NCBI RefSeq assembly: GCF_000150275.1
Contig: NW_002060944.1
Span: 2,766,152-2,830,151 of the forward strand
From: Trichoplax adhaerens
Taxonomy: Eukaryota; Animalia; Placozoa
Reading direction: 5' to 3'
DNA length: 64,000 nt
Part shown: positions 26,535 to 39,707 of the stretch, in pieces
Position numbering within the stretch: the first letter of the stretch is position 1
How the letters are laid out: every line of letters starts with the position of its first letter
Notes under the pieces: generated by a model
Seen by the model: only the letters and a program-made list of their open reading frames with translations
Database searches by the model: none
What the model was told of the DNA's origin: nothing
Position numbers and translations under genes: made by a program

Positions 26535-29500
26535 ATGGCAACGATTACGAAATCAATAGCTACAACCGCAAGCATATTCATTATTCTCTCAGGTTTGCTT
26601 TAGTACCGGTGCATGTTGCATTTTGTAAGAATTTCAATCATTCTATAATGTACAATACGATTGATCAATTAAAATTAAGTTAAAGTGCAGATTTATATAC
26701 ATCGAATATTTAAATGTTGAAATTATACTATGTGATATTCTGCATTTCATATTTAAATCTTATTCTAAGAAGAGGCTAGTTGCAATATTCTCTTTTTTAA
26801 TACATTTTCGTCCTTTAAATCTTAGCCATTAAACTTTTTACATCACTTTTAGTGTGCTTTATTCATGTCGCTTCTGGACAAAATACAAGTTCAGTTTATT
26901 TCGATAATGACGCCTATCTAAGTTATACTAACGGTCGTCAACAAATATCGGGTGTTGAAGATTGGATCGCATTTCGATTTCGATTTTGTCAAAATCAGGG
27001 TATGTTATTATATTTAGCTGGTCCATCTTCTCAATTTTTTGCCATCGGTGTTTATCAGAATCGAATCTTATTAGAATGGAATAATGGTGGTATCGCGATC
27101 GAGGTAAAAAAAATTCGATATTATTTTACAAAGTTACTGCCTGAATGATATAGTTGATTTGTACTCTAGTAAAGTCTATGATCGACATGGCCTGACCCTA
27201 TTACACTGCAACTCTGAGCTATGATAACTTAGAAAAAGATCCAAGCCCTAATGCAATATTATAAACACGATAGAGATTAAAGTTATTTCATGATGAATCT
27301 GTAGAAACATTAAACACCATAGTTATGACATCTTTCATGTACTCTCCAATTTAAGTGACCAACTTAGACATCTGATAGCTTGAATAACTATTGCTACCTT
27401 AATGATAAAATATGAAGATTTTCGATTGTTGCTGGTAAATTTCCGAATGATATTACCTTATCTTAGTGTCACAGAGTAGGATCACTACAAAATCTCGATC
27501 CGGTGTCATGTTGATTTGAAACACTTCTAAGAGAATTTTATCATAATAAATGTATCGGCTCCTAACCAAATCACGTTTTATGATTTATATTCTCTCCTGA
27601 TTTTCTAAAATGTCCAAGAATAGTACCATATACTCATGTAATAGTTTAGATATTTGATTAAAGTTGAATTTTAGTATAATATCCCAAACGAAGTTATAAA
27701 GTAGCAAAGTATAGCCGAAAATGGTACCATGATTGCAATTTGAGTTCCAATTTGCAAAATAAAGCAGAAAGAAGGTTATAATCGCTTTTGTATTACTACA
27801 ATGATACACTATGTTTGATATACATGATCATTTTCCGTAACCACAACGGCATCAAATAAAGGAGTAAAATCCTTATGGCAAATGTTAAGATCTAGAATTT
27901 GTCGGCATGTTGTGAATGTAAAATTGCTACTTTAACTTATAATCTTCTTGATCATTAATCAAATCAACAATCCGAGTTAATTATCTAATAGCTATATTCC
28001 ATACCATTTTGTAGTTTATCTGATCTTAAACTAAAGGTGCAACTATTAATACTTAACTTTTGATTTTTACAGTTGTACATTGGCAATCAATTAAATGCTA
28101 CGCAAGAATATACTGTTAATGTCACCAATCTAGGAAGAGCAAATGCACTTCGAGCCACTATCGATAATATAGGAGTTAACTTACAATTTTCGTCTCAGAA
28201 TAGTAGTTTAGACACGTCCACATTTGGCGGTGCTTTATATGTTGGTGGTTGGCCAACAAATGTTGCTTTACAGGTATGTTATGAGTAATGCTAAGATTAA
28301 AAGCTATCAGTAATCGATATATCCTTCGCACCTTAGTATAGTAATAATTTATGGATTATAGCAATTTAGGAAAACTACCGTAACAGCGATTGATTTTAAA
28401 TATCTGTACGTTATATGCCGGTTTTCGTGACTTATATCAAGGTTATCGTAACTTTGCGATAATCTTCGGTTTACTTCTAAAATCTAGTTCGAATATAGTA
28501 GCATAAAGTATCAAATCATCTTTGTTAGGTGGAAGATGAACAGATTTTATGCATCACGATAATATAACTTAAACAACCAAAAAATAGAAATAATTTCTAA
28601 ATTGGTTATGAATTAATTTGACGGGATTTCTAAATTTTATCGGATACTCTACCATCTCTTGATCCAGTAAATTTAGTTATCTCTAAAAATAAAGATATTG
28701 ATTGATAAGCTTGTTTTATTTAGTCTCTGTATCTTTATAAAATTTAAACTGATAGAATAGAATAACGAAAGGTTTAGTTAGGCTGAAATTCTTTAATACT
28801 CTGACATATACAATCGCAAACTACATGCTGCCTTGTATCTAATCCGGCAAGCACATCTGCCGTCTAACGGAATACCTGGACTAATATTTTACACTGATTT
28901 TGGTCATTACAGAGTAGTACCAGAATTAGAACACGTCTTATTACTTGCATATCAAGCATTACAACCAGATTTAACACGATCAATTTTCGTTCGCCATCGG
29001 AAAGTCGTCGTATTCGCTATAGTTGTCCCAACACGTTTTGTTCTGGTCCGACCACAGCAACATTTACTAAAAGCTCTGGGTCATATCTGAGTTTGAATGC
29101 TTTTCAAAATTCCACGGGTGCACGTAGTGGCATTACGCAGCTATCTATGGAATTTATTGCAAAGTAAGTTAAGATAATTGAACTATTAATTTTAAGCATT
29201 CTATCGCTCTGTTTAGCTACATTCCATATTTGTAGCCTACTACAGTCACATTTTTACGGTTCCGAAGCTATGTAGGAATACAATGAAATACTTGCCACGG
29301 GGTTCATAATTAATTTACAGATTATTTACGGTACTAAATAAAATTTTGATAAATTTCTAGCATTGAATAATTAGTCACACCTAGGAACTAAAATACACTA
29401 AGTTTGACTATATGCGTATACTATTATAAATTTTGAGATCACAAAATTTTAGCGACTGCAATTACTGATTCATTCAGATTGTTATTTTTGGTATAGTTGA

Positions 29501-32500
29501 GGTTAATTAGGCGTATGTAGCTACAAATTGCAGTTTTTTATATCTCGAAGACTTTACATATTATGTCAAATAGTATCAACTATATATTAAGGTAGTTCGT
29601 TAAGCATTTCAGGAGAAAAGAATTATCGTGCCCTGATTATAACATTTGTAGTACTCGTTCGTCTTAAATGGTATACATTACGCTTTTGATACTATAATAT
29701 GTTCTTAATTATTTATAAATCAGGGTTGCCTATTTTATCATTAAGGAGCGAGAGAGTGGTTACTGTATTGTATTATACTCTCATTCCTGGTTAATTAATT
29801 ATTTACCATTTCTAACTATATCTTTTATCGTTATAATCAAATTTTGGACATATCAAAGATCAGTTGTTACTTTTGTTCATGTTGTAATATATAAATTAGT
29901 GAATAAGATATTTAACGGATTCATTTTCTTATATCATCGTATTTTAGTTCTCCAAATGGATTGCTAGCCTATATGGGAACAGCAACTAGTGATTTCTTAA
30001 CTGTATACCTACAAGACGGCAAGGTTAATGTTGAATTTAATATGATTGGCACAGACGTAGCTTCAGCGAGAAGAAATACATCTTTAACGTACAATGATAG
30101 ACGATGGCACCGAGTTACTGTCAATCGTGGATTAGGAACCAACGACAATAACTGTGTTCAAATGATAGTTGGTAGTGAAATAGTGCCAACAACTTGTTTT
30201 ACCAAACCAGGTCAGTTGATGGATAATTCTCCTGGATGTATTTTCGATTAGCTATCTTCCTATTCAATACTGATATTAGATATTGATACTTGAGCTCTTT
30301 CCAAATAATATTCTTGGCTAAGATTAGACATTTCTATCTGGATAACTAAATTGAGTAATAAAATACAACTTACTATGCCTTAGAAGCTAAGAAATAAATA
30401 GTAATTAATTCTTAGCTTATGAAAAGTTTTATAGTTATGAATATCATTTACCTGTATCTAATAGCTAGCGCCGTAATTTCTCTAAGGTATCAAGATGTCT
30501 TTATGGAATGATCTGTAAATAACAATTAGATCGATTTACTACCTGAACGAATAGAATTAACCTTATCTTATTCTTGGTCAATTTGATAGGAGCTGATGTA
30601 CCACCTTACTTCTTATCTGTGTCTGGTTATTTACAAATTGGTGGTTTACCGCCGACATTACCTTCGCCGAGTAACTTCCCCGGTATTGCTCGTACTAATT
30701 CTTTGCTAGGTTGTATACGTGATGTCCGATTTAGCGATACTGCTGAACCGCTGTTATTATTAAGTTTAAATAATGATTCCGTAGCAGAAGCTAACGTCCA
30801 ACACGGCAGTTGCTTTACTAACGCTATTTGTGAGCCTAGTTGCCCTTATCCAGAACAATCATGTAATTTTACATGCTCATGTGCTCCTGGTTTCTCTTTA
30901 AATTCAACCCAGCCCGAATTAAACTGCACTAATATCGATGAATGCTCACTTTACCAACCTTGTCAAAATGGCGCTACTTGCGTCGATGGCATCAACGATT
31001 ATACATGCGTTTGCGGCGAACTATTTAACAAGGGGAAAAACTGCACTATACAAAACAATTGTTTGCCCAATAATCCGTGCCAATCGAATTCAACCTGTCA
31101 AGACAACTTAACTAATTATACTTGTCTATGTACTCCAGGTTACACCGGTGTAATTTGTTCACAAGATATTAACGATTGTCTACCGAATCCATGCCTAAAT
31201 GATGGTACATGCGTTGATGCTGTTAATAACTTTACGTGTTCATGTAATAGAGCCTGGACAGGTAATACCTGCGAAGTTAACGTTAACGAATGTGCATCAA
31301 ATCCTTGTTTAAGTCGTGGAAATTGCACAGATTATATTGATGGTTATGTATGTGGATGTTATGCTGGTTTTGCTGGTACAAATTGTGAGACAAATGTCAA
31401 TGAATGTGTCTCTAATCCATGCATTAATGGTGCAACGTGTGTCGATCAAATTAATGATTACATCTGCAATTGTCTACTTGGTTTTACTGGTAAGCAATGC
31501 CAATCTAATCTTGATGATTGTTTAGCGGGCTATTGCCAAAATGGTGCCACATGTGTTGATGGTATCAATAGTTATCAATGTAATTGCGCTTCTGGTTGGG
31601 ATGGTGTTAACTGTACCATTAACATAAATGAATGTAATTCATCACCGTGCCTTAATGGCGGTAGTTGCACCGACGACATTAATGGCTATCAATGTAGTTG
31701 TGCATCTGGTTTTACTGGTACTTTATGTGCTACTGATATCGATGAATGTATATCAGATCCTTGCCTAAATAATGGCACATGTGTCGACCAACCTAATGGC
31801 TTTCGTTGTAATTGCATGTCAGCCTATACTGGTATAATATGTAATGGCGATGTTAATGAATGCACTTCTTCACCTTGTCGTAATGGAGCTGTTTGCGAAG
31901 ATCGTTTAGGTGATTATTTTTGTAAATGTCCTCCTGGCTATACTGGTAAAGAATGCCAAACCAATATCAATGAATGCACAAGTAATCCGTGTCTTAATGG
32001 TGCAACATGCTTTGATGCCATCAACGGCTATGTATGCCAATGTTCAAATGGATATACCGGCACAACTTGTCAAAGCGACATTAATGAATGCGCTAGCTCC
32101 CCATGCAGTAATGGTGGCACATGTAATAATATGTTAAATGCATTTAATTGTACATGTGCACCTGGTTACACAGGTTTACTATGTACAAATGATATTAACG
32201 AATGTATGTCATCCCCATGCATGAATAATGGTACTTGTTTAGATCAAGTTAATGGATATGCCTGTAATTGTGCGCCTGGATATAACGATACTTTATGCCA
32301 AAATAACATCAATGAATGTGTATCTAATCCATGCCAAAATGGCGCTACTTGTATCGACGGTGTTAACGGCTATGTGTGCTCATGTGCTTCTGGTTATAAT
32401 GGTAGCTACTGTGAAAACGATATAAACGAATGTAATTTGTTACAACCATGCAAAAATCAAGGTAATTGTACTGATCTACCCAACGACTATCTATGTAATT

Positions 32501-35500
32501 GCACAAGTTTTTACCAAGGTAAAAACTGTACGGAAGACATTAATGAATGTTTAACGGCTAATCCTTGCGTCCACGATCCACAAGGATGTATTAATACCAT
32601 TGGTAATTACCGATGTCAGTGTCAACCAGGCTATACCGGTAAAAACTGCGATGTCAATATCAATGAATGCCAACCTAATCCTTGCTTCCGTAGTAATTGC
32701 ACCGATTTAGTAAGCAATTATTATTGCAACTGCAGTGTTGGTTACACTGGTCAAGATTGCCGTGCTATCATTGATCCATGCTTTAATCAGCCTTGTGTCA
32801 ACGGAGCAACATGCCAATTAATTAGCTTTTTCAATCGAACATTTGAATGCAGTTGTCCATCAGGCTTCAATGGGACGTTTTGTCAAAATGATATTAATGA
32901 GTGCTTAGCCAACCCATGCCTAAATAAAGGTAATTGCATAAATCTTAACGGATCCTATGAATGTTCATGTCTAGCTGGATTTACTGGGCTAACGTGTGAA
33001 ACCGACTTAAACGAATGCGCTAATCAACCATGTCAAAATAATGGCACATGTATCCAAGGTGTTAATTCATTTGAATGCCAGTGTCCACTTGGTTATAATG
33101 GTACAACTTGTAATCAAGAAATTAATGAATGTTTACCTAATCCATGTAATGGTACTGATAAACCGATATGTATTGATTTAATTGGCAACTACAGTTGTGT
33201 TTGTCCCGCAGGCTATACTGGTAGTAATTGTACAACGAATATCAATGAATGTGGTAGTAATCCTTGCCAAAACGGTGCAACATGTTCCGATAGTATATTA
33301 GGCTATACTTGCACTTGTCCACCTGGCTTTACGTCGATACATTGTGAAGTTAGTATTGATGAATGTGCGTCTAGTCCATGTTTAGAAAATGGAACATGTG
33401 TCGATTTAACAAATGCGTACCGATGCGATTGTATACGTGGATTTATTGGTACTAACTGTGAAGCTAAAATATTTATGTGTTTTCCTGATCCTTGTAATGG
33501 TCAGACATGCATCGACGGTATTAACAGGTAAGTTACATGCAGTTACACATAGAACCATCATCAATCTAATAGGATAGCTTCGTTACTTTGAGATTTTAAT
33601 GAAAGAGTGAGTATTAGATTGAAATGTTTATCTGTAATATTGATACTAATTTATTTTATTTTAAAATTTGATGAAAAGTAAAATGTACAAGTAGATGTAT
33701 AATTTGAATAGCTTACATCCCTACTTGTACTTCCTGACCTACTTGTCACATCAACTTGTAAATATAGATAACTTCAGTTTAGCAGTATGTGCTCTAAGCC
33801 TTATGCCAAATATCCCTATTAGGCTGTTAACAGACATGACGCAGAAAAATCTTTAAATTGAAAATGTCGTATGTTTTACTTGATTTATTTAGATATACTT
33901 GCGTATGCGAACGTGGTTATACCGGTCGTAATTGTACTGAATCAGTTGTTGATTGCAACTCGGCTCCATGTCAGAATGGTGGCTCTTGCAATTTCGATAC
34001 TACCACACAGATATTTAGCTGCAGTTGCCCAACCGGTTGGAACGGTACTACTTGTAATGAAGACGTTCATGAATGCCTCCAATTCCCTAATTTGTGTAAT
34101 GCAACAAGTAGCCTGTCATATTGTAATAACACTCCAGGTGGATACCAATGCATCTGTCAATCCGGTTATAATGGAACTTTCTGTGACCAAGAATTGAATG
34201 AATGCCAACTCTATTCGCCATGCATGAATGGTGCTACATGTACCGATGAGATTAATGATTATAATTGCTCTTGTGTAGCAGGTTATACTGGTAAAAACTG
34301 CTCTTCCAATATAGATGAATGCGCATCTAATCCGTGTAGAAATGGCGGTAGCTGTACGGATTCAATCAATTCGTATCAATGCAACTGTGCTATTGGATAT
34401 ACAGGCATCAATTGTGAAACTGAAATTAACGAATGTCTATCATCGCCATGCCAAAATGGAGCAACATGCACTGATCTAGTTGGAGATTACAGTTGTGCTT
34501 GCACAGTAGGATTTACTAGTAAAAACTGTGAGATTATGATCACGGCAACGTTTAGAAATGATCAATCATATCTGGATGCCGGATTAGTGTTAAATAATAG
34601 ACAAAAAGGCTGGATCACTTTCCGGTTTAGAACCTCAGTTGCAGACGGAATACTCATGTATAATGGCGATGTAAGCGAGCAATAATTAATTTTTACTTTT
34701 TTAAGAGCGATGAAAATATTATTGATTTACGGTTTATTACCGTACTTATAACGTTATTCATTCTTATTTAGGTAAATACCCAATCACCACCTATCCATCT
34801 AGCGGCTGAGTTAAATGGTGGATCTCTTCGAGTAACATATAACGTTGGTTCTAATACTGTTGTCTCTACCATTGCAGCTAACTTGAATGATAGTAATTAT
34901 CATAACGTTAATATTAGTTTTGAAAGTGAAACTGTGGTCTCGACTGTAAGTCAGACCACCTGTGCTGGATCAATTTGTCGTGCGACAGCGACTACCAATA
35001 CAGTCAATAGCACATTTAATTTGGATGAACATTTATATATTGGCGGTGTTATTAATATTGCCGCTACAACACAAGCAAGAAGGAGAAAGCGAGCTACTCA
35101 ATACTACAACGACGTCTTTTTAACTAATCAAAGCTTTATTGGATGCATGGACAATCTCGTAGCTAATGATCGACAATTATCATTTCAAAGTCGAACAACA
35201 GGTGATAGTCGGCGACCATCGCCTGGTTGTCAACGTGTTAATACCTGCCATTCATCTCCGTGTATCAATCAAGGTACTTGCACTGATCGTTGGATAGCTT
35301 ATACATGTAGCTGTGTCAGTGGTTGGTATGGTCAAAATTGCGAAATTCAAGTAGATACATGTAATAATAACAATTGTTCATCTCCTGGCACACAACAATG
35401 TGTCGATATCACAACTGGCTATCGATGTGATTGTAACGCCGGTTATACTGGTAGCCGTTGCGAAACTGATATCAATAACTGTATTCCTGATCTTTGCCAA

Positions 35501-37690
35501 AATGGTGGCCAATGCGTCGATAGAGTAGGCTATTTTATTTGTAACTGTACTGGTATTGGCTATTCTGGGCCATTGTGCGAGATCGATATTAATGAATGTT
35601 CATCATCACCTTGTCTTAACGGAGGAACATGCTCTGAAAGTTCAACAAATTCTTCAATTACAGTTACTGGACCAGGATATAGGTGTGCATGCCCAACTGG
35701 CTACACAGGTAACAATTGCCAGGTCAATATTGATGATTGTGCATCAAATCCATGTCAGAATGGAGCAACATGTACTGATCTTGTTAATGATTTCCGATGT
35801 GGATGTATAATCGGTTACACCGGTAAACAATGCCAAACAAATATCGACGACTGTTTATCCTTACCGTGCCAGAATAACGGTACGTGTATCGATTTGGTCG
35901 CAAGTTATCGCTGTGATTGTCCATCTGGCTACAACGATACATTGTGTCAAAATAAGCAAACGCATTGCTTACAAAATTACTGCTTAAATGGTGGAATATG
36001 CCATAATGAAACCCATTCTATCCAGCCAAATTGTACTTGTCGATTAGGTTTTATAGGTAATTTATGTGAAACCAACATTGATGAATGCCAATCGACACCA
36101 TGTCTTAATAATGCAACATGTCGTGACGCTGTTAACGGTTATATCTGTGAATGTATACAAGGCTTTAATGGTACAATATGTGAGAATGATATTAATGAAT
36201 GTGCAATAGCGCGTTGTTCAAATGGTGGTACATGCAATAATTTAATTAACAATTATACATGCAGTTGTAATCCTGGATATACTGGTCGTGATTGCCAAAT
36301 TAATATCAATGAATGTGGTGGAGTAATTTGTCAAAATGGTGGAACATGTATTGACGGTGTTAATAATTATCAGTGCCGCTGTCGTAATGGCTTTACCGGT
36401 CAACATTGTGAAACTAATATAAATGAATGTGCATCGAATCCATGCCGTAATCAGGGAACCTGTGTCGATTTAGTTCTAGGATATCGCTGTAATTGCCTGA
36501 ACGGATATACTGGTGTGCACTGTGGCAGTGACATACGCGGTTGCAGTTCAGGACCATGTCTAAATCAGGCAACTTGTCGTCCATCAGTTGGAGGTGGATT
36601 CGGTTATACTTGCAGTTGTGCACCTGGCTACACTGGCGACTTTTGCCAGACTAATATTGATGAATGTCAATCCATTGCATGTGCTAACAATGGTACATGT
36701 ATTGATCTAGTCAATGCCTATCGTTGCCAATGTATAAATGGTTTTACTGGTGGACTGTGTCAAACATTTACTACGGCGTGTACTTCTAGTCCTTGCCTAA
36801 ATAGTGCAACTTGTGTAACATCTGGATGTAATTGCGATAACATCGACAGTCAGCTCTGCAACGCTAATGATCTTCAGTGCACAGCCATTGCCTGTTACAA
36901 CACGACGACATGCCCTAACGGATTTGATCTCTATGATTGTAATTGTGGCAATAACGGCTATACGGGTACCAATTGTGAGCTAGATATTAACGAATGTACA
37001 ACTGGTAACACTGCAAGATGCGGAAATGGTGGTCAATGTATTAATACCCCTGGCTCATTCACATGTAATTGTTCATCAACTGGCTATACTGGGCAATTTT
37101 GTCAGCAAGATATTGACGAATGTACAACGCTATCACCATGCAACGCTGCTAATAGCATTAATTGTACCAATTTACCTGGCAACTATAGGTGTTTCTGTCG
37201 TCCTGGTTTCACCGGCCGCTTTTGTCAGACTGATATTAATTATTGCATTAACCAGCCATGTCTCAACAGTGGCGCCTGCATTGAAATTAATGCTGGTTAC
37301 CAATGCGATTGCACTGGAACTGGTTTCGAAGGGCCTCTTTGCAATATTGAAATTAACGAATGTAATAGTACCGCTAACCAATGCGCTAATGGATCAACAT
37401 GCATTGATCTATTGCTAGGCTACAACTGCTCATGTACAAGCCAATATACAGGGAGATACTGCCAGGATTTAATTATAGGAGCAACTGTTGCACCTGTTAG
37501 TGTTGATGCGGTTGCTATTGCTGTACCAATCCTATTAGTTATTATTATTATCGTCGTAGCTATAGTTATCTTCCGATTCTATTACAAACCTCGAGCCAGA
37601 AAAGCAACTGGTAAATACCGACCGAGAGAAACCGAACAAGGCTCACCAATGTCAACATTAGAATCAGAAGGCGCTGATAGGCTTATTTAA
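26535..37690 (+). CDS. crb: Crumbs-family paralogue A (divergent): signal peptide, 2 LamG, ~29 EGF, LamG, ~18 EGF, TM, 38-aa tail ending DRLI; ~2552 aa; exons 26535-26592, 26853-27103, 28073-28273, 28913-29163, 29948-30210, 30590-33527, 33893-34670, 34772-37690
   Basis: Signal peptide MATITKSIATTASIFIILSVCFIHVASG; LamG motifs (IAFRFRF...GMLLY, LYVGG, YNDRRWHRV, WITFRFRTSVADGILMY); cbEGF repeats (DINEC.S.PC.NG.TC); TM AVAIAVPILLVIIIIVVAIVIF; tail GKYRPRETE (GxYxPxxxE) plus DRLI. Exon phases are consistent and total 7659 nt. Confidence 0.85.
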
Positions 37691-39707
37691 TTGTAAAATA
37701 AAGTATGTATACTCATATCGTATTTAAATAACAATATGAAACACATATGTCTGAAAGCAATTAGAAAACTGATTCTTGTCCTGATATACAGTACGTATAA
37801 TATGTATATATGATGCAATATATGTATTCATATATATCTATCTCTATAACTATTTGAAGATATATGATAAGAAATAGTTAGCATTTTAAAATCTTAGCTT
37901 TAGTTAGATTAGATTTAGACAACAACTTCCTCTATTTGTACTGTAACTCTTAATGGTTCAAATTTTACTATGGAAGCAACAAATTAATAGACAAAATTCC
38001 TATAAATAGGTAAAAAAAAAATAAATGTTTGAAATTTGAGATTTTTGCCTGCTATAGTACAGTACTTTTAATTTGACGTTCATGAATGGTGAATTGCGTC
38101 AGTTTGTTTATAGCCTTTATGATCAACGAAGATTTCTTCTATTACGTAATACTATCCATTTATCTAAGACAGTAGATTTATATATTTTAGAAAGCTTTTT
38201 ATGCTGACAAACTTAATGATATGTAATATCTTAAAAATGAAAGGTATTTCTTCTTATTATTCTCTAATATTGAATGCTATTTATTTGATTAGAACCTTTA
38301 TTAATTATTAAATAAATAAATACGATAATAGATATAGAAAACTACAATGCAAAGTCCAATTTTATTGAGAACCGTTATCATCATGTATGAACATTTTATT
38401 TTGTTACGTACTCTCCTCAAAGTTGTAGAAAAAATAATAGGCAAACTATTTTGACTATTTAAATCTTTCATCCCAAACCGATAACTTACTGTAATTGATG
38501 CCTTAAGTATAGGAGCCACTAATGCTCACACAGTTTAGACTTCATAAATAATCCTTTTAAAAACACTAATGTCTAATGAAAACTTAATGAAGAAGTTGAT
38601 AAGTTGCTAGATAATAAAAGAGTACGGAATATTCCAGTATTAAATAACTTATGACAAACTAGCTAATATAAATTTGTATAGGGTACCATATTGATATTGT
38701 ATCAAATGAAACTCTAGCCGACACAATCTGTTGCTTTTGCAATAGAGGTTAATTTTTAGACTTTTCTTTCAAATAACGAAAGGACCGATCAGTTTTATTT
38801 AGAATCATAATCATATTATCCATAACGGCGATATTTAATACGATATTTAAAACCTTTATTGTCATATTCGAACCTCCATTTTTAGGATGAGATAGCTTAA
38901 TGGCCAGATCATTTAACCCAGACAATCTGGCCACAAAATAATGAAGATACCTATTTTTTAATTCTTCGTATTATTAAACACTAGTAAATCACAAGTATGA
39001 ATTCTGAAAATGCTTAATAAATTTACCACAACATAAGAGAATTTTTAAAACCGAAAAACATGTGATATTGCCTATCTCTCTTAGGACATCATAATTTTGA
39101 TTTTAATCTGTTGTAACAGACAATCTTAGATGGTTAAAATGCCTTACCGTAAGTAAAAAAGTGTTATGTGTAAAGAAATATTAGTATTACAGTAATTTAA
39201 AACTGAGTTAGCAATGTAAAAATATCTGTTTCATACAAATGTAATATGTGTTTCCTATTATTATTCTTCAAAAATAACAGCGAATTATTATCCGCGGATA
39301 GAATGAGAAGATTGCCCAACATACATAATCATCACATACGAGAATTATAGAAATTTTAATTATCATCGTCAAGTTTAGATTATAGATAAATACAGTAATA
39401 CAAAAATACCATAAACCAAATTAATGAAATTAAGCATGGATATCGATGACGGAAATAAGATGACAGACAGTAATAGAAATATTTATGCTTGGCAATAATA
39501 TATACTGTTAAAGAAACAGCCAGAATTGAAGACCAGTGACAGTACAAGAGCGTGTAATAGCTATAAACTGACTAGATGATTAAAAATTTAGATTATTTCC
39601 AGATGAAGTGCATAACCTTAGATCTCAATTATGAATAGTATAAATACAAACATATATGTATATGTTATATACATATTTATATAAGTAGCTTCTTCCATCT
39701 AAATGGT

